This document shows positions 11,342 to 20,553 of a stretch of DNA of 64,000 nt, piece after piece (position 1 is the first letter of the stretch; each line of letters opens with the position of its first letter). The translations under genes were made by a program, and so were the position numbers. Origin of the DNA: Halodesulfurarchaeum sp. (lineage in GTDB: Archaea; Halobacteriota; Halobacteria; Halobacteriales; Halobacteriaceae); contig JAXHNL010000002.1 of the NCBI GenBank assembly GCA_034520565.1, forward strand, positions 160,001 to 224,000, read 5' to 3'. Below the pieces are notes generated by a model. The model was not told where the DNA came from, made no database searches, and saw only the letters and a list, made by a program, of their open reading frames with translations.

Positions 11342-11524
11342 ATGGCTCGAAAGGTGGCAAAACGAGACGGCTGGAAACCGTTCCTGGTAATTGCCGCCGC
11401 GGGAGCGGCCGGGATCTACGTCGCCTCGACGCTCTCGATCGACACGATCACGAAGACCGCGGCGATGGCCATCATCGGGATCGTCGTGGTCGCCGCCTAC
11501 GAGTATTTCGTCGGGTGGGGCTGA
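11342..11524 (+). CDS. Small two-TM membrane protein (60 aa)
   Basis: Basic N-terminus, two hydrophobic helices, host-like codon usage and a TATA-like tttaag at about 11313. Confidence 0.6.
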   Translation: MARKVAKRDGWKPFLVIAAAGAAGIYVASTLSIDTITKTAAMAIIGIVVVAAYEYFVGWG

Positions 11525-11527
11525 GAA

Positions 11528-12949
11528 TCAGTACTGCATGCCGCCACTGAAGGGCGGTTCGGCGTCCGATGGCAGGGGAGTCTCGTAGCTTCGCTTGCCC
11601 GTCGCCGATTCGAACTCTTCGGTCGCCGCTTCGAGTCGATCAGGTGACGTCATGAGGTCATACGCCGTCCCGGCGAGAACCTTCGCGGCGTACGGAACCG
11701 TCCGCAGGCCGAACCCACCGCTGGCGGCAGTGGCCTGCCAGGTGTGGGCCCGCGCTCCCACAGGCCACGAGGCGACACGGAACTGGGCGGTCGGGGCGAT
11801 CCAGCTCACGTCACTGACGTCAGTCGAGCCCATCATGAGCGGCGCGGCGTCAGTCCGCGAGAACGGTTCGGCAGCGAGAGATTCCCCCTCGACCGCCTCC
11901 CGCACGTCATCTGGAAGGTCGTCGAGGCGCGTGAGTAACGTCTCCGTATCGATCGTCTCGTGGAGTTCGGCGGCGAACTCCCGGTCCTCCTCGTCATAGG
12001 GAATCGGCCCGATATCCTGCATGTTCTCCCACATGAGATCCGCGATCGAGTCGTTCGTGAGGAGTTCCCACGCCCCTGTCACGTAATCGCGCTCAACGCC
12101 AGTTTCGGTCATGAGAGCCGCCCCTTCGGCGATGTTGTCGACACGATTCGTGAGGTTCTCGACCTGGGGACGGGTCGGTGATCGGATGAAGTACCAAACC
12201 GTTGCCTCGGCCGGGACCACGTTCGGCGCACCGCCACCTTCGGTAATGGTGTAGTGGATGCGCGCCCGGTCAGGGGCGTGTTCGCGGAGATATTCGACGC
12301 CCGTGTTCATGAGCTGGACTGCATCGAGGGCGCTCCGGCCCGCTCCCGGAGCCATCGCCGCGTGTGCGGGACTCCCCTTGAACGTGTACTTGATCGAGTC
12401 GACTGCGAGAGAACTGGTCCGCTGGGGACCGGTTACGTCGGCTGGATGCCACGTCAGTGCCGCGTCGAGGTCGTCGAACGCTCCCGCCCGGGCCATGAAC
12501 ACCTTCCCGACGATCGTCTCCTCGGCGGGCGTGCCGTAGAAGCGAACGGTGCCCTCGATCTCGCCGCGGTCGATCGCCTCGGCCAACGCCATCGCCGCGC
12601 CGATGCCTGCGACGCCGAAGAGGTTGTGACCGCAACCGTGTCCCGGTTCGCCGACTTCGACGGCCTCCCGCGTCGTCGAAGCCATCTGAGAGAGTTCCGG
12701 GAGGGCGTCGTACTCGCCGAGAATCCCGATCGTCGGCTCGCCGGTGCCGTAGGTCGCGGTGAACGCCGTCGGCATGCCGCCGACGCCACGCTCGGTAGCG
12801 AAGCCGGCGTCTTCGAGTTCTTCGCGGAGCCGGTTCGCGGCGTATTCCTCCTCGAGTGCGATTTCGGGGTGGTCCCAAATATCACTGGCCAAAGCCCGAA
12901 ATTCGGCACCCCGATCGTCAATAGATTCAAAAACGCGAGATTTTGACAT
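11528..12949 (-). CDS. M20 amidohydrolase, p-aminobenzoyl-glutamate hydrolase subunit B-like
   Basis: GEYDALPEL, GHGCGHNL, GTPAEE, WHP, GRSALDAVQLM, GSTDVSDVSW and HTWQ motifs of AbgB-like enzymes. Confidence 0.85.
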   Translation of the reverse strand: MSKSRVFESIDDRGAEFRALASDIWDHPEIALEEEYAANRLREELEDAGFATERGVGGMPTAFTATYGTGEPTIGILGEYDALPELSQMASTTREAVEVGEPGHGCGHNLFGVAGIGAAMALAEAIDRGEIEGTVRFYGTPAEETIVGKVFMARAGAFDDLDAALTWHPADVTGPQRTSSLAVDSIKYTFKGSPAHAAMAPGAGRSALDAVQLMNTGVEYLREHAPDRARIHYTITEGGGAPNVVPAEATVWYFIRSPTRPQVENLTNRVDNIAEGAALMTETGVERDYVTGAWELLTNDSIADLMWENMQDIGPIPYDEEDREFAAELHETIDTETLLTRLDDLPDDVREAVEGESLAAEPFSRTDAAPLMMGSTDVSDVSWIAPTAQFRVASWPVGARAHTWQATAASGGFGLRTVPYAAKVLAGTAYDLMTSPDRLEAATEEFESATGKRSYETPLPSDAEPPFSGGMQY

Positions 12950-13136
12950 TCCTGAATGGAAGTGGACAGCCGTAAATGAATATTTCGAAGCGGGAATTTC
13001 TGGCGGAAAACACGGCCGGCTCCGACGCGAAAACTCTGAGAAGGAACTGTTACCGGGCCATGGACACCAGTTTCGTAGATCGTCCCGAAAAGCGGCAATC
13101 GTAACCCCTTTATCGAACGTATTGCTATCATTTATC

Positions 13137-14438
13137 ATGGGCTCAGATGACATACCCCAACCGCGAGATCTGCTGGTGTTGTTGCCGACCGACCGGGACC
13201 GCGACAAGCTCGGGGACCCACCGGAGGAGTACGAACTCCACTGGTTCGAGGACGAGAACTTCGATTACCCCCAACCGGGCCCCGAGTTCGACATGGTCGA
13301 GTACACGGAACGGGCCTCCGAGTACGTCATGAGCGAGGACATCGATGGCGTGCTTTTCTCCCACGACGTGGCAAACCTCGTTGCCGGGGTGCTCGTGGAC
13401 CGGCACGACCTGCCGGGGCCACCACTCGAGTCGGTCTTCCTCGCCGATCACAAGTACTACTCCCGGAAGAATCAACCAAACGTGCCGTGGTTCGATTACA
13501 TCGACATGGAAACCGGCGAGTGGGGCGATCTGGACGTCCAGTTCCCGGCGTATCTCAAACCACCGTACTTGACGCTAACCCTCCTTCAGTACCGGGTCGA
13601 CAATCAGGAGGAGTACGATGAAGCTATGGAGGTCATCAACCGAGATCTGTCGAAGTACACCGGCCCGTTCAAGGATTTCTTCGAGGCCTACGTGGATACC
13701 GAGAAGTACCCGCTCGCGGCGAAAGACACCATGCTGGTCGAGGAGCCACTCGAGGACTGGACCCAACACTGTGTCGAGGGGTGGATCGATCCCGACGGGG
13801 AGATCCATATCTGGGCCATCTCGGACCACAACTACTACGACGGGAACGAACTCGCCATCGACAACTACTCCACCCCGTCGACGTTGCCGAGCGAGGATCA
13901 GGCAGAGTTGATCGACATCGCCAAGGATGCCATCGTCCAGCACGGCTACGAACACAGTTTCTTTAACGTTGAGGTCTTCAAGCTTGAGGATCGGCACGTC
14001 ATCACCGAGGTCAACGGTCGGACGGCGTCCGTGTGGGAGCCACTCTACCAGGGGGCCTTCGACACCTCGGTTTACGAGGGGATCATTCACCTCGCCGCCA
14101 ACAACCCCGAGCGGACCGCGGCAATCGCCCCGGATTGGCAGCCCGACCCGAACTACGACATGATGGGTGCCCAGTTCCACGTGGTCACCTTCGGCGAAGG
14201 ACCAGCCGAGCAGTACGTTGATTTCGACTATCTCGACTCCTCGGAGGTGGACACGGACATCGAGGTGTTCGTCGAGCCGGGCGACGAGATCGAACAGACC
14301 CGGACCAGCGGGTTCTGGGTGGCCCGCTTCAACCTCTTCGGCGAGGACTACGAGGCGTTGGTCGACCGGGCCGACGAAATCCGGTCGGACATCCTCAAGC
14401 AGCCGGAGGAATCACCGGAACCCGATCGGTACACCTGA
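13137..14438 (+). CDS. ATP-grasp domain protein
   Basis: DHKYYSR, FPAYLKP, LVEEPL, FFNVEVF and ITEVNGR (ExNxR) ATP-grasp motifs. Confidence 0.75.
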   Translation: MGSDDIPQPRDLLVLLPTDRDRDKLGDPPEEYELHWFEDENFDYPQPGPEFDMVEYTERASEYVMSEDIDGVLFSHDVANLVAGVLVDRHDLPGPPLESVFLADHKYYSRKNQPNVPWFDYIDMETGEWGDLDVQFPAYLKPPYLTLTLLQYRVDNQEEYDEAMEVINRDLSKYTGPFKDFFEAYVDTEKYPLAAKDTMLVEEPLEDWTQHCVEGWIDPDGEIHIWAISDHNYYDGNELAIDNYSTPSTLPSEDQAELIDIAKDAIVQHGYEHSFFNVEVFKLEDRHVITEVNGRTASVWEPLYQGAFDTSVYEGIIHLAANNPERTAAIAPDWQPDPNYDMMGAQFHVVTFGEGPAEQYVDFDYLDSSEVDTDIEVFVEPGDEIEQTRTSGFWVARFNLFGEDYEALVDRADEIRSDILKQPEESPEPDRYT

Positions 14439-14450
14439 ATCGGCACCCGG

Positions 14451-15086
14451 TCAGTCGAGATATTCCATCGCCTCCTCGTCGCTCACCTGTTCGAACTGCT
14501 CGTAGAACTGGCCGACGGCCCGGAACTGACTCGGTGTCTCAAGACAGACGACCTCGTCGGCCATGTCCTCGAGGGCCGCAATCGTGTCCGGCGGGCCCAC
14601 CGGAACGGCTACGACGATCCCGGCCGCCCCGGCCGCCGCAAGCATCGCCAGACACGCGCGGAGCGTCGAACCGGTGGCGACACCGTCGTCGACCACCGCA
14701 ACACGTCGACCGTCGAGGTCGGGTGGTGATGCCCCGTCGCGGTATCGGTCGGCTTTCGTCCGAGCGGTTTCCGCCTCGCGTTCACGCTCGCGCTCGAAAT
14801 ATGCCTCGCCGGCACCCGTCCGGCCGACCGCCGACTCGTTTCGCCAGACGCTGCCGTCGCTCGCAACGGCGCCGATGGCGTATTCGGGATTGTTCGGGGC
14901 ACCGATCTTCGAGGCAACCACGATGTCGAGTGGGGCCCCCAACGCGTCGGCAACGGCTCGACCGAGTGGCAGCCCGCCCCGCGGAATGGCCAGAACGATA
15001 TCCACGTCGATTCCCCGTTCTCGAAGGGCCTCCCCGAGCTGTTCGCCCGCGTCAGTTCGATCGGTGAATCGCTTGACCGGGGACAT
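14451..15086 (-). CDS. Phosphoribosyltransferase-family protein
   Basis: FTDRTDAGEQL, LAIPRGG and the PRPP-binding VVDDGVATGST. Confidence 0.85.
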   Translation of the reverse strand: MSPVKRFTDRTDAGEQLGEALRERGIDVDIVLAIPRGGLPLGRAVADALGAPLDIVVASKIGAPNNPEYAIGAVASDGSVWRNESAVGRTGAGEAYFEREREREAETARTKADRYRDGASPPDLDGRRVAVVDDGVATGSTLRACLAMLAAAGAAGIVVAVPVGPPDTIAALEDMADEVVCLETPSQFRAVGQFYEQFEQVSDEEAMEYLD

Positions 15087-15249
15087 TGCCTTCACCCGGG
15101 GCTACGGCCCCGCCGATCATAACCTGACTGGCGAATGCGGGCGAATCGAAAAAGCACCGATCACCACCCTGTTCCAGCCATCGAAGTATCACCGAACCAC
15201 CGACGAGTCAACCAAGGGAATATAATCCACTCCGCCTCGAACGACCGGC

Positions 15250-15921
15250 ATGGACGTGATCTGCCACCGGGCCTGTCCCGCCGGGGGCCCGGAGAATTCG
15301 CTCCCGGCCGTCCGCGCTGTGCCCGACTGGGTGGACATGGTCGAAGTCGACGTCCAGCGATGTGCGAGCGGGGAACTGGTCGTCTTCCACGACCGGGTGC
15401 TGGATCGCGTGACGGCTGGAACTGGCGCCATCGCTGGAACCGACTGGAAAGACCTGGAGGAACTGCAACTGGAGGGAACCGACGCAACTGTCCCCAGGCT
15501 TGCGTCCCTCATCGAGGCACTTCCACCGGGAATCGGACTCAACGTCGAACTCAAACACGCCGGCATGGCGACCGATCTCGCCCCGATCCTGAAAGCCGTG
15601 GATCGGAAGGTGCTCGTCTCCTCGTTCGTGCCCCAGGCGATCGTCCCGCTTTCCAAGCGGGGGTTTCAAACGGCCCACCTGATACAGCCGGATCAATCCT
15701 CGAGGTGGGAGAGTGAGCTGGCAGCCGCCGAATCGGTCGGGGCCGAAGCCGTCCACCCGCACTTCGAGGCCGTCGATTCGGCAGCCATCGAGGCGGCACA
15801 CGACCGCGGGCTGGCCGTGAACGCCTGGACGGTTCCTGACGAATCGACGGTGAATCGGCTCCGAGAAGCCGGTGTCGACGGCGTGATCGTCGACGACTGG
15901 CGGCTCGTCGAGTCGGCGTGA
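15250..15921 (+). CDS. Glycerophosphodiester phosphodiesterase (GlpQ/UgpQ family)
   Basis: ICHR...PENSL, EVDVQ...VVFHD, NVELK, VNAWTV and GVDGVIVD. Confidence 0.88.
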   Translation: MDVICHRACPAGGPENSLPAVRAVPDWVDMVEVDVQRCASGELVVFHDRVLDRVTAGTGAIAGTDWKDLEELQLEGTDATVPRLASLIEALPPGIGLNVELKHAGMATDLAPILKAVDRKVLVSSFVPQAIVPLSKRGFQTAHLIQPDQSSRWESELAAAESVGAEAVHPHFEAVDSAAIEAAHDRGLAVNAWTVPDESTVNRLREAGVDGVIVDDWRLVESA

Positions 15922-15998
15922 AATTCGGGGTCGAACGAGCTTCCCTCCGGCAACCGCCCCAACTCTCTTGTCGAGAGCCCGACTCTTCGATGTCGGGC

Positions 15999-16700
15999 AT
16001 GGCCGAGCACCTCTACACGGACCACCCGGACCTCTACGACGCCATCCAATCGGGGTGGGATTACGACCGAGACGTCTCGTTCGTGCTCGACGCGTTGGAG
16101 CGACACGGTGTGGATGGTCGCCGGCTGCTCGAGATTGGATGCGGAACCGGCGAACACACCTGTCGATTCGACAGTGCGGGCTTCGAGGTGACTGCGGTGG
16201 ACAAGTACGAAGGCATGCTGGATCGTGCTCGGGAAAAGTGCGACCTAAACTATCGCCAGGACGCGTTGCCAGCGCTCTCCGTCGGGGGTAAATACGACAT
16301 TGTCGTCGCCATTCGGGGCGTCATCAACCACGTCCAGCCGGATGCCCTCGAACCAGCAATCGGCGCACTTGCCAGCCGGGTCTCGAATGGCGGGATCCTC
16401 GTGTTCGACAACGCCCCGCTTCCGCCGGGGGGCAACGAACCTGCACTCGACGTTGGGGCGACAGACGCGGGTCAGTACGTTCGAGTCGCCCATCACGCCC
16501 CGGCGGGTTCGGGGACCCTCGACTGGCGGGCGGTCACCTTCACCTCGGACGGTGAATGTTTCGTCAACAGCCGGAAAATGACGCCGTTCGCCGATGGAGC
16601 CATAACTGAGGCACTGGCACAGCACGGGCTCGAGGTCGAAACTCACGACGGCTATGGAGCGGGCGATTCCCGGACTGTGTTCGTCGCGCGTCAGAAGTGA
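15999..16700 (+). CDS. Class I SAM-dependent methyltransferase
   Basis: LLEIGCGTGEH motif I, VTAVD and GGILVFD. Confidence 0.85.
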   Translation: MAEHLYTDHPDLYDAIQSGWDYDRDVSFVLDALERHGVDGRRLLEIGCGTGEHTCRFDSAGFEVTAVDKYEGMLDRAREKCDLNYRQDALPALSVGGKYDIVVAIRGVINHVQPDALEPAIGALASRVSNGGILVFDNAPLPPGGNEPALDVGATDAGQYVRVAHHAPAGSGTLDWRAVTFTSDGECFVNSRKMTPFADGAITEALAQHGLEVETHDGYGAGDSRTVFVARQK

Positions 16701-16789
16701 TTACCATACTGCACGTCTCTTGGCCCGGCTTTTCGGCCAATCGGACTGGATCCAATGCCATTTTCCCGCGGTCACCCGTCTGTCCGACC

Positions 16790-17578
16790 ATGAACGGCAT
16801 TCTGGATCACGTAATGGTCCGCGTCGCAGACCTCGAAACATCCCTGGACTGGTACCGAACCCACCTCGAGTACGAGGAGAAGGACCGCTACGAAGGGGAG
16901 GACTTCACGATCGTCTATCTCGGCCCGCCGGATCTACACCCGGACGGCGCCATGCTCGAACTGACCCACAACGAGGGCGAAACCCCGGAGATCGGGGACG
17001 CGTGGGGCCACGTCGCGGTTCGGGTCCCGGAAGGGGAACTCGAGTCGGCCTACCAGCAGTTGCTCGACGGCGGCGTTTCGGACTACCGCGACCCGGAATC
17101 CTGCGGCGGTAACTATGCGTTCGTCAAAGATCCGGACGGCCACGAGATCGAGCTCGTGACCCGAAAGGAGGGGGAGATGTGGAGCCTCGATCACACGATG
17201 ATTCGGGTCGAGGACGCCGATCGGACCATCGGCTTCTGGGGGCGGAAGTTCGAGTACGAACTCGCCGGTCGGTGGGAGGCCGACACGTTCGCGAACTTCT
17301 TCCTCGAACCGGCGGATTCCGCCCCGGAAGCGATGGCGGTCGAGTTGACCTACAACTACGACGGGCGGACCTACACGCACCGGGACGGTTGGGGCCATCT
17401 GGCGGTTCGAGCCGACGAGCTGGCGGCCGACTGGGAGACCCTGATGACTCGGGAGGCAGAAGCGTACCGACCACCGGTCGAGAACGACAACCGGTACGGA
17501 TTTACGAAAACCCCGGACGGCCACGAGATCGAGGTACTGGACCGGGATCCGGAAAGCAAGTCGCTGTTTCCGTTTTAG
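16790..17578 (+). CDS. Two-domain VOC/glyoxalase (lactoylglutathione lyase-like)
   Basis: Duplicated LDHxMxRV...ELTxN...WGHxAV...PDGHEIE modules. Confidence 0.88.
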   Translation: MNGILDHVMVRVADLETSLDWYRTHLEYEEKDRYEGEDFTIVYLGPPDLHPDGAMLELTHNEGETPEIGDAWGHVAVRVPEGELESAYQQLLDGGVSDYRDPESCGGNYAFVKDPDGHEIELVTRKEGEMWSLDHTMIRVEDADRTIGFWGRKFEYELAGRWEADTFANFFLEPADSAPEAMAVELTYNYDGRTYTHRDGWGHLAVRADELAADWETLMTREAEAYRPPVENDNRYGFTKTPDGHEIEVLDRDPESKSLFPF

Positions 17579-17611
17579 GTGAGCGGAATCGGTGCTCGTC
17601 AGGAGCGGCGC

Positions 17612-17782
17612 GAGAAGTGGGCTCGGGCAGGCGAACCGGAACCAGACGTGCTCGCTCACCTCCGTTCGCTGCGCGCGACTGATAGGGCTCGACTCCACGT
17701 CACCAATTACGAACGCCATCCCAGACGAAGCGACACGCAACGCGGTCGCTTCGTCGTGGGAGTAGGAGAAATGGGCTCGGGC
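17612..17782. repeat. Direct repeat of the tRNA-Val 3' end enclosing a hairpin-rich spacer
   Basis: gagaagtgggctcgggc (17612-17628) versus gagaaatgggctcgggc (17766-17782), 16/17 identical. Internal 11-bp inverted repeat GACGAAGCGAC/GTCGCTTCGTC (17724-17755). Confidence 0.7.
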
Positions 17783-17843
17783 GGAGTCGAACCGCCGTCT
17801 CGTCCTTGTAAGGGACGCGTCATAACCACTAGACCACGAGCCC
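17772..17843 (-). tRNA. tRNA-Val (TAC)
   Basis: Reverse complement GGGCTCGTGGTCTAGTGGTTATGACGCGTCCCTTACAAGGACGAGACGGCGGTTCGACTCCGCCCGAGCCCA folds as a cloverleaf. Anticodon stem CGTCC/GGACG with loop CTTACAA, T-loop GTTCGAC, no encoded CCA. Confidence 0.95.
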
Positions 17844-17952
17844 GGTAGGCGTACAAACCGACCCCACGGCAAAAACCTTTGTCGATCCACCGCGCCCGAC
17901 GGAAACAAATCCACCTGTCTTATTATGCAGCGAAAACAACCGAAAAACTAGC

Positions 17953-19998
17953 ATGGCAACAACCAGTGGCGGCGAACTGGACCCGCAAAAGTCCATCTGC
18001 CCGTTCTGTGGGGTGGGCTGTGGACTCACGTACAACGAAGACAACGGCAAAGGCACGGGCTGGGAGGCATCGGTCAATACCCGGGGCGAACTCTGTCCCA
18101 AGGGCGCAGCGGGGTTCGAGATGCTCGACGCCGACGATCGGCTCACCCAGCCGATGGTCCGGGAGAACGGCCACCTCGTCACCGCCTCGTGGGACGAGGC
18201 CTTCGACCGGATCGCCGAGAACTTCTCCGAAATCGTCGAGGAACACGGGCCGGAGGCCCTGGGCTTCTATGCCTCGTCGAACTGCACGAACGAGGAGAAC
18301 TACCTCCTCCAGAAGATCGCCCGGAAGATCGGCTCGAACAACATCGACAACTGCGCGCGTCTCTGTCACGCCTCCACGGTGGCCGCGATGGCCGACCGTC
18401 TGGGCGTCGGCGCGATGACCAACACGACCGACGACCTCGGCGAGGCTGACGTGTACCTCGCCTGTGGGGCCAACCCCGCCGAACAGCACCCGGTCATCTT
18501 CAACTCGCATCTCGGCCCGGCCATCCGGGACGGGACCGACCTGATCCACGTCGATCCCCGCGAGAACCAGACGACTCGCCAGGCCAGTCAGCACGTCCCG
18601 GTCACGCCGGGCTACGACATCCCCGTGCTGAACGCGATGGCGAAGGTCATCCTCGATGAGGGGTTGTACGACGAGGAATTCGTCGAGGAGCGCACCGAGG
18701 GCTTCGAAGCCTTCGAGGCACATCTCGCCGACGTCGACGTGAGCGAGAACGCCGAACTGGCCGGCGTCGAGGAATCGACCATCCGGGAGGCCGCCCGAAC
18801 CTTCGCCGAGGCCGAGCGGGCCGCCGCATTCACCGGCATGGGCATGAGCCAGCACAAGTACGGGACGGACAACGTCCACGCGCTGATCAACCTCGTGTTA
18901 CTCACCGGGAACATCGGCAAGCCCGGAACTGGTGTGAATCCGCTCCGTGGCCAGAACAACGTCCAGGGAGCCGGTGACATCGGTGCGAGCCCGAGCTCGC
19001 TTCCGGGTTACCAGTCCGTCGAGGATCCCGAGGTTCGGGCCGACTTCGAGGACGCCTGGGGTTTCGAGCCGCCGGCCGAACCGGGACTCACTGAGGTCGA
19101 GATGAGTCACGCGGTGGGCGAGGACGTCTTCGGTCTCTACGTCTTCGCGGAGAACCCCGCGATCACCGAACCGCACTCCGGCCGGATCGAAGCGGAACTC
19201 GAGGAGGCCTTCCTCGTCGTCCAGGACCTCTTCATGACCGAGACCGCAGAATACGCGGACGTGATCCTCCCGGGTAGCGCCTGGGCGGAGAAAACCGGGA
19301 CGGTGACGAACACCGACCGCCGGGTTCAGATGATGCGCCAGATGCGTGACCCGCCGGGAGACGCGAAGACCGATCTGGAAATCATCCAGGAGTTCGGGCG
19401 GCGGATGACCGACCTCGACGTCGAGTACGACGACGCCGAGGCCGTCTTCGAGGAACTCACCGACGTCAGTCCGATCTACGCGGGCATGTCCTATGACGGC
19501 ATCGGGGAGAGCTACCAGCGCTGGCCCTTCTACGAGGGTGCGGAAGCGGGTGTGGACGTCCTCCACGAGGACACGTTCTACAGCGGCTCGAAAACCGCCG
19601 AATTCGCCGCCGTGGGCCACATCCCGCCGGGCGACGAGGTCGAGGAAGGCGAGCTCGTCCTCACGACCGGGCGTGTGCTCCAGCACTTCAACAGCGGGGC
19701 CATGTCCCGCCGGACCGAGACGCTCATGCGCATGCGCGGGGAGGACACCCTCGAGATGCACCCGACCGACGCCGAGGAGCGGGGCATCGAGGACGGCGAC
19801 TGGGTCGTCGTCGAGAACGAGCGTGGCGAGGTCGAAGTCGAGGTCGCCGTGACCCCGGCGATCACCGAGGGAACAGTCTTCATGACGTTCCACTACGCCG
19901 ACCCGCTCGTGAACACGCTCACCGGCGATTACCTCGACCCGGTGGCGAAGATCCCCGAGTTCAAGCACAGCGCTGTCTCAGTCTCGTCCGCCGAGTAG
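17953..19998 (+). CDS. fdhF: Formate dehydrogenase alpha subunit (FdhF type, Cys ligand), copy 1
   Basis: CPFCGVGC...LCPKG, NCARLCHAST, PLRGQNNVQG and DPVAKIPEFK. No Tat signal. Confidence 0.9.
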   Translation: MATTSGGELDPQKSICPFCGVGCGLTYNEDNGKGTGWEASVNTRGELCPKGAAGFEMLDADDRLTQPMVRENGHLVTASWDEAFDRIAENFSEIVEEHGPEALGFYASSNCTNEENYLLQKIARKIGSNNIDNCARLCHASTVAAMADRLGVGAMTNTTDDLGEADVYLACGANPAEQHPVIFNSHLGPAIRDGTDLIHVDPRENQTTRQASQHVPVTPGYDIPVLNAMAKVILDEGLYDEEFVEERTEGFEAFEAHLADVDVSENAELAGVEESTIREAARTFAEAERAAAFTGMGMSQHKYGTDNVHALINLVLLTGNIGKPGTGVNPLRGQNNVQGAGDIGASPSSLPGYQSVEDPEVRADFEDAWGFEPPAEPGLTEVEMSHAVGEDVFGLYVFAENPAITEPHSGRIEAELEEAFLVVQDLFMTETAEYADVILPGSAWAEKTGTVTNTDRRVQMMRQMRDPPGDAKTDLEIIQEFGRRMTDLDVEYDDAEAVFEELTDVSPIYAGMSYDGIGESYQRWPFYEGAEAGVDVLHEDTFYSGSKTAEFAAVGHIPPGDEVEEGELVLTTGRVLQHFNSGAMSRRTETLMRMRGEDTLEMHPTDAEERGIEDGDWVVVENERGEVEVEVAVTPAITEGTVFMTFHYADPLVNTLTGDYLDPVAKIPEFKHSAVSVSSAE

Positions 19999-20045
19999 GC
20001 AAGTAATACGCGCCTTTTTGTCACCCGCGGCAGAACCGGGTTTCG

Positions 20046-20450
20046 ATGGCGAAGGACTACCAGATACTCGAGCCCGATTCGATTCCGGAGACGCCGTTTC
20101 CCGAATCCGGAGTGACCCATCGCAAACTCACTGGCGAACTGCGTGCCCAGGAGATGCGGGTCAACCAGGTCACCGTCGACCCGGGCGAGGTCGTCGGCTA
20201 TCACAGCCACAAGCGACAGGAGGAGATCTACGTCTGTCACAAGGGGCCCGGAGAGGTGTACGTCGACGGCGAGCACCTCGAGGTTCCCGAGGGAGGGATC
20301 GTACGGATCGGCGTTGATGTTCCACGACAGGTGCTGAACACCGGCGATTTCCCCACCGTGTGGATCATGTTCGGAGCCCCGCCGATCGGAACCCGCGAGG
20401 ACTACGGCGAATACGAGGTAAGCGATGGGGGTTACGGCGAGGAACCGTAA
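20046..20450 (+). CDS. Cupin-domain protein
   Basis: HSHKRQEEIYV cupin metal motif and PRQVLN. Confidence 0.8.
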   Translation: MAKDYQILEPDSIPETPFPESGVTHRKLTGELRAQEMRVNQVTVDPGEVVGYHSHKRQEEIYVCHKGPGEVYVDGEHLEVPEGGIVRIGVDVPRQVLNTGDFPTVWIMFGAPPIGTREDYGEYEVSDGGYGEEP

Positions 20451-20553
20451 CCGAAGCGGCTGGACGATCTGGGATCGGTTGTCGGTACCGGCGAAAGCCG
20501 GGCGACATCAGGTATACTTAACTGGCGAACCGTCGATAGTCCGTTTGTACGCT

